IMG/VR virus record: IMGVR_UViG_3300028892_001354
Strand: one strand, 5' to 3'
Source of the DNA: a virus
DNA length: 44,111 bases
In this document: positions 16,437 to 26,433 of the stretch, one piece after another
Layout of the letters: every line of letters starts with the position of its first letter
How positions within the stretch are numbered: the stretch's first letter is position 1
Program-made: the position numbers and the translations under genes
The notes under the pieces: generated by a model
Databases searched by the model: none
What the model was told of the DNA's origin: nothing
What the model saw: the letters and a program-made list of their open reading frames with translations, nothing else

Positions 16437-19400
16437 ATGGGAAATGCAGGACGTTCTACAATAGACATTACTGCAGATGATAGACAAGCCAGAAGGACGT
16501 ATGAAAGGTTTTTTGACTTTGTAGAAGGTACTGGGAGAAGAACACAGCGAAGAATGCGTGATTTCAACCCTATGGAGGGGATTGAACGCGGAATGCGCTC
16601 TTTTAGTCCTTCTGAAATTTTAGATCAAGAAATGCGACGCATGGAGAACCGATTAAGTCGGTTTAGTCCTGAGAGACAGATGGAATATCAAATGAGGCGT
16701 ATGGCGCGAAGTGTAGCGCGTCCGATTCAAAATTTACCAGATCATCTAAGACCATTTCGAGATGATTTAATTCGAACACGTTTTGAAATTCAGCGTATGG
16801 GTATGGTTGGTACGGAATCACTGGATCAATTAGCGGATGCGGCAATTCGTTCGCAAGTACCATTGGAACGCATGATGAGTGCAACTAGTAGCGGTAAAGC
16901 TGCAGCAAGAGCTATTCAAGAATTAGGTGATACAACAAGAACAACACAACTAGCTGTTTTAGGCTTATCTCGTGATGGTAAAGTGCGCGTTTCTACAGAA
17001 GAAGCGCAGCAACAAATGAGACGTTTTAACGAACATGTTGTACAAACAAGACAACGTTTAGAGCAATTACGAGATGCTGGCGATATGGCATCTTATCATG
17101 AAGGTATGCGACAACTTGAGCGACAAATGCAACAAGTAGATAGGGCTATGCGCGCGGCTGCTCAAGGTGGAACAGCTTATACAAGTATGTTAGACCAATT
17201 GGGTATCCATACTGCTAACGCTGCTAATAGAGCCGCTATAGCGATGGAGAGAATGCGTCCTAGTTTCATGCGGTCAATAGAACATATGAACGCTATGAAA
17301 ACACAATCACAAAAAATGATGGACGCTTTAGGTGATACTAGCCGTATACAGCGAATTGATAGGGCTTTTCTTCAAGTTGGCGACAGATTGGAAAGAATGG
17401 CGCGTCAAGGTTCAGCTGCAAATATTGCTTTACGACAATTAGGACCTAACGCTAGCATGAAAGATTTAATGGACCGTATCCGTTTAATTAATACTGGTTT
17501 AATGCGTATGCAACAAGTCGCATTAGCTACAGGTATTGTATTAACTGGCTTTACAGTCGTAATGGCCAAGGCGGCACATGGACCAGATCCAGCAGAAATT
17601 AGACAACAACAAGCCGAAATTACCAAAGTATATGAAGATGCATTAAAGAGTCGCACTGAGGCGATTTACAATGCTACAAATCTATTTAAAGAAATGAAAA
17701 TAGAACCTGTTAAATCTGAGACTTTAATGAAAAACTTAGATGAACAAGTAGGCATTTATAAGCGTTGGGTGGACAATATGAAAAACCTTTCAGCGCGAAT
17801 CCCTGTAGAGATGAAAGAAGAACTCTACAAAATGGGTCCAGAAGCTGCAGGGGAAATTAAAGCCTTGAGTAATATGTCAGAACCAGAACTTGCTCGTTAT
17901 GTTGAACTTTGGAGAGAGAAGCATAGATTAGCAAGGGAAGCTGCTTTAGATGAACTAGGAAGATTAAAGGAAGAAACAAAAGCAAAAATCAAAGAATTAC
18001 AAGCCAGTCTGAAACCACTTGGTATAGCGTGGGAAAAATTCAAATCCACATGGGCAGAAGCTCTTGCTCCATTTGTAGAAATCTGGGGCAAAATTGCAGC
18101 AGTTGTAGTCGATGCAGGTACCGCGGTTGGCGAATTTGTAAATAAGCTTAACGAGTTAAATCCTGACATTGTAAAACTTATTGGGATGTTCACATACTTG
18201 TTTACAGCAATGACACTAATACTTGCACCTATGGCAATTGGTATTGGACGAGCTGCCGGTATGAGGGCGGCATTCCATGCTCTCTGGATGGTAATTAGTC
18301 CTGTTGTTCTTGGATTCTTAAGAATAGCTGGCATGGCCTCCATAGTATCTGCAGCTCTAGTCATTCTCGGCGGAACAATCATGAAGTTATGGAAGCATTC
18401 TGAAACGTTTCGTAATTCCATTATAAACGGATGGAATGATATAAAATCCACAATTTTAGGTGCCATAGAGCCAATAATTCCAAAACTAGAAGAATTATGG
18501 CAGTCTTTTCTTAAACTGATCAACGTTCTTGTCGGTAGTGAAGGAAGCAGTACGCAGAGTTTTTGGAAGGGATTAGGTGATGCAATAGGTACAGTCATAA
18601 ATTTACTTATGAAACTACTTATTCCGACCATTAAATTAGTGGCTACTGCCTTTGCTAATGATTTAGGTATAGCAATTGATATTCTAACACTCATAGTTAA
18701 AGGTTTGACATTTGTCATTCAAAAAGTAAAAGAATTCTCATCTGCTATAGCAGCAATTTGGAGTGGAGACAAGGCAACAGCTACTTCAATTTTAGAAAAA
18801 ATGGGCTTTTCCCCAAAAGCTATTAACGACATTATCAGTAGTGTAGAAAACATTAAGAAAAACGTAACGGACTTATATAATACGATTCAAAAAGGTGCAG
18901 AAACCGCACAAAAATATGTAAAAGCTTTATTTGCATCTTTCAAAGGGGATAATGTTCAAGCGGTTAAGTTGCTAGAATCATTAGGGTTCTCTGATAAAGA
19001 AATAGATCGCTTTTTAAGAGCTATTGAAAACGTGAAAAAGGCTTTTAATAGCTATGTTAAATTTTTAAAAGATGAAATATTACCAAACTACTTAGATTTC
19101 TTTAAAGAATTTTCTAGAATCGCAGGAGATTTATTAGGAGTATTCTTTAAATTACTTGATGGTATAACACAATTTTTAACTGCGTTACTTGCTGGAGATT
19201 GGGATGGTGTCGTAGAAGGAATAAAAACTATATTTTCAGCATTATCTGATGCAGCAAAATTGCAAATGGAACTTGCAATTTCTGTTCTAAAATTACTCTT
19301 TAAAAATCTATGGGCTCTTTTACCAGATAGTATGACAGAACCAATAGAAAAGTCCCTAAAGAACTTACAACAATGGTATAACGACACAATTAAATTCTTT

Positions 19401-21164
19401 AAGGATCTTCCTGGTAATACAAAAGCATTATTGAACGAATGGGGTAAGTCAATTGAAACATTCTTCAATGAACTTCCTGGAAAAGCAAAAAAACAATTAG
19501 ATACATGGAAAAAAGAAATCTCCACATGGTTTTCAGATAAAGCTAGTGACATCAAGAAAGATTTAGATACTTGGTGGACAGAAATGAGTAACTGGTTTGA
19601 TTCTATCCCAGGGAAAATGAAATCCAAGCTTATCAGTTGGAAAGAAGCGATTGCTCAATGGTTTAGAGAACAAGATGAAGAGAACACTCGTTTCTACAAT
19701 CAATTGTGGAATTCAATGTCTGAGTGGTTTTCATCTATTCCTAGCAAAATGCAATCGAAGTTAAGTGAATGGGGTACTGCTATTTCTTCATGGTTCGATG
19801 AAACTGTTTCTTCATGGAGTGAAAACCTTGAAAAATGGTGGACTGGTATTTCTACTTGGTTTGATGAAACCACTTCTCGTTGGGGTGAACAGTTTGAAAA
19901 GTGGTGGGCCTCTGTAGTTACGTGGTGGACCACTCTCCCAGAACGTATGTGGGAACAACTCGAATTATGGTGGAATTCTATTTCTACTTGGTTTGATGAA
20001 ACTACAACTAGATGGGGAGAAAACCTTGAGAAATGGTGGGCTTCTATCGTTACATGGTGGACTACTTTACCTGATCGTATGTGGGAACAACTCGAATTAT
20101 GGTGGAATTCTATTTCTACTTGGTTTGACGAAACCACTACACGTTGGGGCGAGAACCTAGAAAAATGGTGGAACTCTATAGTCACATGGTGGACTACTCT
20201 TCCAGAACGTACAATGGAGCAACTTGAATTATGGTGGGATTCCATTGCTAATTGGTTTACTGAAACTGCAGCAAATTGGGATGCAGCCTTAGAACAATGG
20301 TGGGATTCCATCGCTAATTGGTTTAATAGTCTATCTTCCAAACCAGAAATAAAAGATTCTGCTAAGAAATCCATGGACGAAATGAAAAAAGGTTTCGAGG
20401 AGAAAAAGCCTGAGCTAATTGACAAATTAGGTGAAATTATAGTTGATGCGTTTGTTGCTCTTTTAGCAGCCGCTGGTATTATCGCTCTAGCAGTCGGACG
20501 TGAATTGTTAAAACGGTTTATTAATGGTATGGCAGGGGAACAGAAAAATGCTGAAATCACTGCGGATACTATTGGTAAAGCAGTCTTAAATATGCTCGAA
20601 AAAATTCCGCTATTTGGTGCTGCTGTAAAAGTTATAAAAGAATTTTCAAAAGGGCTTGATGATGGATTTAAAGATGCACGCGAAACTGTGAGTGGATGGA
20701 TAGAAAAGATTAAAGGGCTTTTCGATTTTAAACTCCAACTTCCAGAAATCACAATTCCGAAACTGCCACGGTTACCTCAACCTAAAATAAGCGGTAGTTT
20801 TAGTTTGAATCCACCATCTGTACCAAGCCTTGAATGGCATGCGAACGGTGGTTTCTTCGACAAAGCATCAATTATTGGTATTGGTGAAAAAGGACGAGAA
20901 GCAGCAGTTCCTCTTGTTGGTCGTCGGATGGATCCATTTGCTGATGCTGTATTCGGACGATTCGCTGAACAGTTTGGCAATATGTTTAGCGCAGCCGCTC
21001 CTGCTTCTGCAGATATGATGAGTGGATATACAGGACAACCAATCGTCTTACAAGTAATACTTAACAGCAAAATTCTTGCAGAAGAAACAGTTGATGATAT
21101 GAGTGTATTACTTGATCAGAAAGCAAACGCAACTGGGAGGAGGAATGGGGTAGTACGATGGTAA
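16437..21164 (+). CDS. Tape measure protein (1575 aa)
   Basis: Size and position. Central hydrophobic segments. Trp-rich periodic repeats. RBS GGAAGGAGG precedes the ATG at 16437. Confidence 0.9.
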   Translation: MGNAGRSTIDITADDRQARRTYERFFDFVEGTGRRTQRRMRDFNPMEGIERGMRSFSPSEILDQEMRRMENRLSRFSPERQMEYQMRRMARSVARPIQNLPDHLRPFRDDLIRTRFEIQRMGMVGTESLDQLADAAIRSQVPLERMMSATSSGKAAARAIQELGDTTRTTQLAVLGLSRDGKVRVSTEEAQQQMRRFNEHVVQTRQRLEQLRDAGDMASYHEGMRQLERQMQQVDRAMRAAAQGGTAYTSMLDQLGIHTANAANRAAIAMERMRPSFMRSIEHMNAMKTQSQKMMDALGDTSRIQRIDRAFLQVGDRLERMARQGSAANIALRQLGPNASMKDLMDRIRLINTGLMRMQQVALATGIVLTGFTVVMAKAAHGPDPAEIRQQQAEITKVYEDALKSRTEAIYNATNLFKEMKIEPVKSETLMKNLDEQVGIYKRWVDNMKNLSARIPVEMKEELYKMGPEAAGEIKALSNMSEPELARYVELWREKHRLAREAALDELGRLKEETKAKIKELQASLKPLGIAWEKFKSTWAEALAPFVEIWGKIAAVVVDAGTAVGEFVNKLNELNPDIVKLIGMFTYLFTAMTLILAPMAIGIGRAAGMRAAFHALWMVISPVVLGFLRIAGMASIVSAALVILGGTIMKLWKHSETFRNSIINGWNDIKSTILGAIEPIIPKLEELWQSFLKLINVLVGSEGSSTQSFWKGLGDAIGTVINLLMKLLIPTIKLVATAFANDLGIAIDILTLIVKGLTFVIQKVKEFSSAIAAIWSGDKATATSILEKMGFSPKAINDIISSVENIKKNVTDLYNTIQKGAETAQKYVKALFASFKGDNVQAVKLLESLGFSDKEIDRFLRAIENVKKAFNSYVKFLKDEILPNYLDFFKEFSRIAGDLLGVFFKLLDGITQFLTALLAGDWDGVVEGIKTIFSALSDAAKLQMELAISVLKLLFKNLWALLPDSMTEPIEKSLKNLQQWYNDTIKFFKDLPGNTKALLNEWGKSIETFFNELPGKAKKQLDTWKKEISTWFSDKASDIKKDLDTWWTEMSNWFDSIPGKMKSKLISWKEAIAQWFREQDEENTRFYNQLWNSMSEWFSSIPSKMQSKLSEWGTAISSWFDETVSSWSENLEKWWTGISTWFDETTSRWGEQFEKWWASVVTWWTTLPERMWEQLELWWNSISTWFDETTTRWGENLEKWWASIVTWWTTLPDRMWEQLELWWNSISTWFDETTTRWGENLEKWWNSIVTWWTTLPERTMEQLELWWDSIANWFTETAANWDAALEQWWDSIANWFNSLSSKPEIKDSAKKSMDEMKKGFEEKKPELIDKLGEIIVDAFVALLAAAGIIALAVGRELLKRFINGMAGEQKNAEITADTIGKAVLNMLEKIPLFGAAVKVIKEFSKGLDDGFKDARETVSGWIEKIKGLFDFKLQLPEITIPKLPRLPQPKISGSFSLNPPSVPSLEWHANGGFFDKASIIGIGEKGREAAVPLVGRRMDPFADAVFGRFAEQFGNMFSAAAPASADMMSGYTGQPIVLQVILNSKILAEETVDDMSVLLDQKANATGRRNGVVRW
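19848..20243 (+). repeat. Three tandem 132-bp (44-aa) repeats inside the tape measure gene
   Basis: Unit starts at 19848, 19980 and 20112; a degenerate fourth at 20244. A ~50-bp perfectly identical segment occurs at both internal junctions (19944-19997 and 20076-20129). Confidence 0.9.
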
Positions 21165-21976
21165 TTACATTAGATGGAATAAAACCAAAAGAACTAGGAT
21201 TTATGGTAGTACGTGGAACGGATGCTCCCATTCTTCCGAAAACACGTAATAGTGGTAATACAAAAGTTATGCCAGGTAGACATGGGCAAATAAGGTACGG
21301 TAAAACGTACCTTGATGCTCTTGAATGGGAATTACCATGTAAAGTATTGCGACAAGAAGACTTTTATAAGCTGCAGATGCGCGCACGCGATATTGCTAAT
21401 TTTTTCACTGACGATTACGGGAATCCAAGGCAGGTTAAACTTATTTTCGATTACGAACCTGACAGATATTATATGGTGCAATATGAAGGTTTTATCCCAC
21501 TACAGAGATTGGTGACGTATGGAAAATTCATTTTGCCTTTAGTCGCAGATGATCCACATGCTCATTCAATTGTAGAAAGTACGAAAGGTATAAAATGGGG
21601 CGATCGTATCCCTTGGATGTCTCAAATACCTATTGGTATTGGTAGGACATCCTATACAATTAGCAGCCCTCAAACTTTATCAATTAATAATTATGGATCG
21701 CTTGTTGTAAGACCAGTTATAGAAATATCAGGTAGTGCAACTTCATTAACTCTCACTATAAAAGGTGAGAGTTTTTCTATTGGAACTTTTACAAATTCAA
21801 CAATTTTAATAGACGCAGAAAGATACGCAGCTATTAAAAATGGTCAGAACTTCTTGTTTCAGCTACAAGGAAACTTAGAAAAATTAGAGTTAATGCCAGG
21901 CGCTAATGCAATACAAATAGGCGGTTCTAATCTAAATATCAACATTGCATTCAAATACCGCGCTAAATATATGTAA
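21158..21976 (+). CDS. Distal tail protein (Dit)
   Basis: Immediately follows the tape measure gene with overlap. 272 aa. Confidence 0.7.
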   Translation: MVITLDGIKPKELGFMVVRGTDAPILPKTRNSGNTKVMPGRHGQIRYGKTYLDALEWELPCKVLRQEDFYKLQMRARDIANFFTDDYGNPRQVKLIFDYEPDRYYMVQYEGFIPLQRLVTYGKFILPLVADDPHAHSIVESTKGIKWGDRIPWMSQIPIGIGRTSYTISSPQTLSINNYGSLVVRPVIEISGSATSLTLTIKGESFSIGTFTNSTILIDAERYAAIKNGQNFLFQLQGNLEKLELMPGANAIQIGGSNLNINIAFKYRAKYM

Positions 21977-21989
21977 GGTGGTGGAAATT

Positions 21990-23735
21990 ATGGCTGACGC
22001 GCCTAAGTTAAATGGTAATGAATTTATTGATGAGAGTTATTGGAAAATCAATAAATCAATTGATAATTCGAATGAAGCATTAAGGATAGCAAACGAACCA
22101 GTTACAGTACAAAAATTAGCTAGGGATTCGGTTTCGACAGAAAAAATAGTTGATAATTCAGTAACGGGATCTAAAACGGATTTTTTAGAAAAAACACTAA
22201 ATATATTCAATAAAAATGAGGTTATTTACGGAAAGTATTATTCCGGAGCGACACTTGTAAGTAGTAGTTCGTATAATACAACCGGATTAACTAAAGTTCT
22301 TCCGAATGGAGTATATTACTTTAATTCATACAGTTCTAATAATATTTCGTTTTTTGATGAAAAAATGGTCTATATAAGTTCAATTAGTGGAAGCGCTTGG
22401 AAGAATTCCTTTGTCGTCCCTTCTAATTCGTACTACGTGGCAATTGCTTTTGCCGCTTCTGATGATGTTAATAAGTTAATGCTTGTAAAAGATATAATGC
22501 CATCTGAATATGTGGAATTTGGATATATTTTAGATCATAAGAAAGTTGGTTTCTCACAAGATACAAAAGACAAACTCGTCATGGATAAAGATCTAGAGTA
22601 CGGAAATATAAGTAAAAATTTATTTAATAAAGAAAAGGTAAAGCAAGGTTACGAGGTATATACTAACGGTAGTCTGCAAAAGGAAGCTAATTCAATGGTT
22701 AGTGATTACATTATTGTTAAAGGGTTAGATAATATAAATATAAGTGGATTAACAGCTTATGCGGGGTTCGAAAGATACTGTTATTTTTATGATGATTATA
22801 AGAATCCTATAGGAACAAAATTGGGATTAAGTAATTCATTAATTGAAGGACGATTCCCGGTCCCGCAAAACGCAGCGTATTTTGTTATGTCCATTTATCA
22901 ACGTAAAACAAGTTCAGAAACGATAAATCTAGACACTATACAAATAGAAAAAGGGATTAGTAAAACTTCATATGAACCTTATAAACAAGGAATAACTAAA
23001 ATAAAGGGTTACGGTTTAGCTACTCCTTCGTCTAGTGTTGAATCATCTTCTGTAAAAACGAAAGGAAAAAGTCTTCTTGGATTTGGAGACAGCATTACTG
23101 AAACAGCTACGATATCTGACGATGGATCGCAATATACGGAAGGGGTAAGGAGTAACTGGCCGGCCTTCACCAAATACGATTTACAAGTTTCGCAAATGTG
23201 GAATTATGCAAAATCAGGGGCTACATATAAAGATAGAGAAATTAACGGCACGACTGTAGTCCCTAGACAACTAATAAGTACACAGATTAACACAGCAATT
23301 GCTAATAACAGACCAGGGGATATTATTGTTGTGTCTATGGGTACTAATGATGGCGCTAGTAATTTAGGCAGTTACGAAACAGCAATGTCAAAAGCTACAT
23401 TAGAGGATTTAGATCGAACAAAGTTATATGAAGCGATAAGATGGGCATTCTGGAAATTACGAACAAATTATCCGAATGCTTTTTGTTATGCAGCAACTCC
23501 AATTCAGAGGGTTAGCAACGAGCAACCACAAGAGTTGATAGATGCTATTACAAAGATGGCTAAGAGATACAACTTTATTATCATTGATGCGCACAATGAA
23601 AGTGGTATAGTACGAGATTTTGAAGTACCAAATGGACAAGGAAGATATTTATATGATGGGCTACATCCAAACGTAAATGGACAGGAGCTAATGTCTAAAC
23701 TATATAGTCGAGTTATTCTTAACACATATCGATAA
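21990..23735 (+). CDS. Tail-associated protein with a C-terminal SGNH/GDSL esterase domain
   Basis: Block I LLGFGDSITE, block III VSMGTNDG, block V YDGLHPN. RBS AAGGTGGTGG precedes the ATG at 21990. Confidence 0.75.
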   Translation: MADAPKLNGNEFIDESYWKINKSIDNSNEALRIANEPVTVQKLARDSVSTEKIVDNSVTGSKTDFLEKTLNIFNKNEVIYGKYYSGATLVSSSSYNTTGLTKVLPNGVYYFNSYSSNNISFFDEKMVYISSISGSAWKNSFVVPSNSYYVAIAFAASDDVNKLMLVKDIMPSEYVEFGYILDHKKVGFSQDTKDKLVMDKDLEYGNISKNLFNKEKVKQGYEVYTNGSLQKEANSMVSDYIIVKGLDNINISGLTAYAGFERYCYFYDDYKNPIGTKLGLSNSLIEGRFPVPQNAAYFVMSIYQRKTSSETINLDTIQIEKGISKTSYEPYKQGITKIKGYGLATPSSSVESSSVKTKGKSLLGFGDSITETATISDDGSQYTEGVRSNWPAFTKYDLQVSQMWNYAKSGATYKDREINGTTVVPRQLISTQINTAIANNRPGDIIVVSMGTNDGASNLGSYETAMSKATLEDLDRTKLYEAIRWAFWKLRTNYPNAFCYAATPIQRVSNEQPQELIDAITKMAKRYNFIIIDAHNESGIVRDFEVPNGQGRYLYDGLHPNVNGQELMSKLYSRVILNTYR

Positions 23736-23758
23736 TTTTCATGTGAGGTGATACATTA

Positions 23759-25831
23759 TTGCTAAAACTCTACAACAAACAAATGCAACTCAAACAATAC
23801 CTTGAGAATGCACATAATATAAAATTCGACCTGCCTCACAACGAATTATGGAGTGCAGGTTTTTCTATGCCATTTGGTGATCCGAAAATTGATGAAATTG
23901 AAGCATATGATTTCGTGGAAATGTTTGATAATGGTAAACGCGTTGGTATGTTTCGTGTACTAGACAATGATTTGGAACGTAATGGCGAAGAAATAAATAT
24001 AAAGTATGAATGTGAGCATGTCTTATCTACTCTGTTAGATGGCATGCTTTTAAATTTCCACCAAAGAACAAACCGTCCAACACGTGAAAATATAGAATAT
24101 GTTCTTAGTTACCAATATGTAAAGCATTGGGTATTAGGTATATGTGAGTTTACACGTTATTTCCACTATGGATGGGAAAATGAAAATACCCTGTTAGGCC
24201 CCTTATTTAGCATACCGAAGCAGTTCAATGAAAGTTATCAATGGACATTTGATGATTCTGTATATCCTTGGGTATTAAACATTGTAAAAGTAACAGATGA
24301 AATTACTGCAGAAATTCGTTATAAAAAAAATATGCTCGGAATAAGAAGGCGTATAGATCCTAAAGGAGTTATCACACGTATAGCACCAAAAGGATATGGT
24401 GAAGGGGTCAATCAGCTTAATATCAAAAAGGTAAATCCAACTGGTAAAGAATATATAGATGCACCACAGGGTATTATTGATAAATTCGGCATCATCGCAT
24501 TCCCTTGGGTTGATAGAAAATTTAAACATGCGGATTCACTTTATAATTCTGGTTACGCGCTACTAATGGAACGCTGCATACCTAAAGTGACCTATGAAGT
24601 AGATGCAATAGATTACGAGCTCATAGATCCATATAAATTAGAGAAATTTGAAAATGGGAAGTTAGTTCGTGTAATAGATGAGGATCTAGGCATTCATATA
24701 GATGTACGTGTATTAAATCGCTCAAAACCAGATTCAGATGGTGATCCGTTAAATGTAAAACTGGTATTAGGAAATAAAAAAGAAGATTTAGGAACTACAC
24801 AAGCTGATTTGGAAAAACGACAGCAAATTAATGAGGTCTACTCTCAAGGTAGTACCAACCTGCTGGCTTACAGTTACAATGATAATGCGGACAGTATGAA
24901 TCCTGCTGTAATTCGATTCTTTGTACCTGGAGATATGATTAATGTGAATACATTGGATTTAACCTTTGAGGTTGAGGAATTTAGGAATTACTTAAGAGTG
25001 ACGCAAGGCGGCGGAGCTACGGTTCAAAGTACCGGAGGAGGCGGAGCTATTGTGGCCAGTACAGGCGCAGGCGGTGGGACTGTTCAAAGTACTGGCGGTG
25101 GCGGTGGGACTGTCCAGAGTACTGGTGGCGGCGGAGCCCAAGTTAGTACGAGTACTTCTGGTGGCGAAGTATCAAAGTCCACCGAGAGTGGCGGCGGTTC
25201 CAGTCAGACGAGCGGCGGCGGTGGCGGTACAACACAAACTACATCATCGAAAATTTTTGGTGAATTAGTAATTGAATGCGAAGAGCCTGGACCGTTTACA
25301 AATATAGAACATCATAGGCACGTTACAAAGTTTACGGACCAATTCGATCATTTACATCAAATAACAATTGGTTCTCATACGCATACGGTACTGATTCCAG
25401 CTCATTCGCATAATTTCAATGTACCGTCACACAGCCACCAAATCACATTGAATGAGCACACCCATCAGATAGTCCTAAATGAGCATACCCACCAGATAGT
25501 CCTAAATGATCATATACACCAGATAGAACTTAAGGATCATGTACACGAGATTATCCTGCCGGATCATGTTCACGAAGTTGAGCATGGTATATATCGTCTT
25601 TCAAGAAGACCATCTAAGGTAACAATAAAGGTTGATGGGAATCTTGTTCCATTTGATTCTACATCTGGGCAAAATATTGACTTAATATCGTATCTTTCTA
25701 AAGATGATGAAGGGAAAATTGAAAGGAATAAATTCCACGAAATAACAATTACTCCTGATGACTTAGGAAGAGTAAACGCAAATATTATTACACGCTTGTT
25801 TATCAGCTCAACTGAAGGTGGAAATTTCTAA
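23759..25831 (+). CDS. Tal-like tail tip/fibre protein (prophage-tail N-terminal domain; Gly-rich and HxH repeat C-terminal region)
   Basis: N-terminus typical of siphovirus minor structural/tail endopeptidase-type proteins. TTG start after GAGGTGA. Repeats described in the findings. Confidence 0.75.
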   Translation: MLKLYNKQMQLKQYLENAHNIKFDLPHNELWSAGFSMPFGDPKIDEIEAYDFVEMFDNGKRVGMFRVLDNDLERNGEEINIKYECEHVLSTLLDGMLLNFHQRTNRPTRENIEYVLSYQYVKHWVLGICEFTRYFHYGWENENTLLGPLFSIPKQFNESYQWTFDDSVYPWVLNIVKVTDEITAEIRYKKNMLGIRRRIDPKGVITRIAPKGYGEGVNQLNIKKVNPTGKEYIDAPQGIIDKFGIIAFPWVDRKFKHADSLYNSGYALLMERCIPKVTYEVDAIDYELIDPYKLEKFENGKLVRVIDEDLGIHIDVRVLNRSKPDSDGDPLNVKLVLGNKKEDLGTTQADLEKRQQINEVYSQGSTNLLAYSYNDNADSMNPAVIRFFVPGDMINVNTLDLTFEVEEFRNYLRVTQGGGATVQSTGGGGAIVASTGAGGGTVQSTGGGGGTVQSTGGGGAQVSTSTSGGEVSKSTESGGGSSQTSGGGGGTTQTTSSKIFGELVIECEEPGPFTNIEHHRHVTKFTDQFDHLHQITIGSHTHTVLIPAHSHNFNVPSHSHQITLNEHTHQIVLNEHTHQIVLNDHIHQIELKDHVHEIILPDHVHEVEHGIYRLSRRPSKVTIKVDGNLVPFDSTSGQNIDLISYLSKDDEGKIERNKFHEITITPDDLGRVNANIITRLFISSTEGGNF

Positions 25832-25896
25832 AAAATCAAACATTATCCCTTAAAGTTTGTGGTAAAATGTAGTAAAAATAATAAGGGGATACGAGG

Positions 25897-26400
25897 ATGA
25901 AAAAGAGAATAACTCTAGCTTTAGCAATGGCATTATGTATTAGTAGTTTAACAGCGTGCGGAGATAAGGATAAAACTGCTACAACAGAAACAAAACAAGC
26001 AAGTGCTGATGTGAAACCGTCTACTGAAGAAAAAAAGATACCTACTAAAAGAACAGTTGAAATAAAAGCTGTTGATCCTTACCCATGGAAGGGTCTTATG
26101 ATTGGTGAAGCAGATAAACTTATAGAACAAGGTGAAGTTGTTTATTTAATGAGTGATTTGGAACCATACGAAAAATCGTTTGTGGAATCTATTGATTTGG
26201 ACCTCATTAAAAATGGTGGCGATCCTCAAAAAAATAAACAACGTACTGATCAGTTAGTAAAACAGTTAAAACCATTAGATCCAAAAATGAAAGGTTATTT
26301 TGATAAATTAACTGAAGCAGGAAATGCTGTAGCAGCAAAAGATTACGATGGTGCAAAAGCAAAAATTGAAGAGGCCAAGAAATTAAGAGAGGCGAAATAA
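25897..26400 (+). CDS. Secreted lipoprotein (moron)
   Basis: Signal peptide with lipobox LTAC-G (MKKRITLALAMALCISSLTACG). Own extended -10 (TGGTAAAAT at 25860-25868) and own terminator. Confidence 0.8.
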   Translation: MKKRITLALAMALCISSLTACGDKDKTATTETKQASADVKPSTEEKKIPTKRTVEIKAVDPYPWKGLMIGEADKLIEQGEVVYLMSDLEPYEKSFVESIDLDLIKNGGDPQKNKQRTDQLVKQLKPLDPKMKGYFDKLTEAGNAVAAKDYDGAKAKIEEAKKLREAK

Positions 26401-26417
26401 TCGCTTCTTTTTTTATT
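26388..26417 (+). terminator. Rho-independent terminator after the lipoprotein gene
   Basis: 8-bp stem AGAGGCGA/TCGCTTCT, 5-nt loop, long T run. Confidence 0.7.
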
Positions 26418-26433
26418 TTAAGGAGGAATTTAT

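Noticed and set aside
17897-18718. 273-aa minus-strand ORF inside the tape measure gene
   Set aside because: Antisense to the tape measure gene's hydrophobic region, with no RBS and a composition-driven open frame.
19700-20752. 350-aa ORF on the minus strand inside the tape measure gene
   Set aside because: - It is antisense to a well-supported 1575-aa gene.
- Its openness is a by-product of the Trp-rich repeats (TGG/CCA). The product is low-complexity His/Ser/Val repeats.
- It has no RBS.
22761-22775. GGGGTTCGAAAG, a T-loop-like string checked as a possible tRNA
   Set aside because: - It lies inside the SGNH tail protein CDS with no acceptor or anticodon arms around it.
- I found no tRNA, rRNA or CRISPR array anywhere in the window.
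25050-25268. 72-aa alternative-frame ORF in the tail fibre gene
   Set aside because: It arises from the GC-rich Gly-codon repeats, has no RBS, and lies within a strongly supported CDS.
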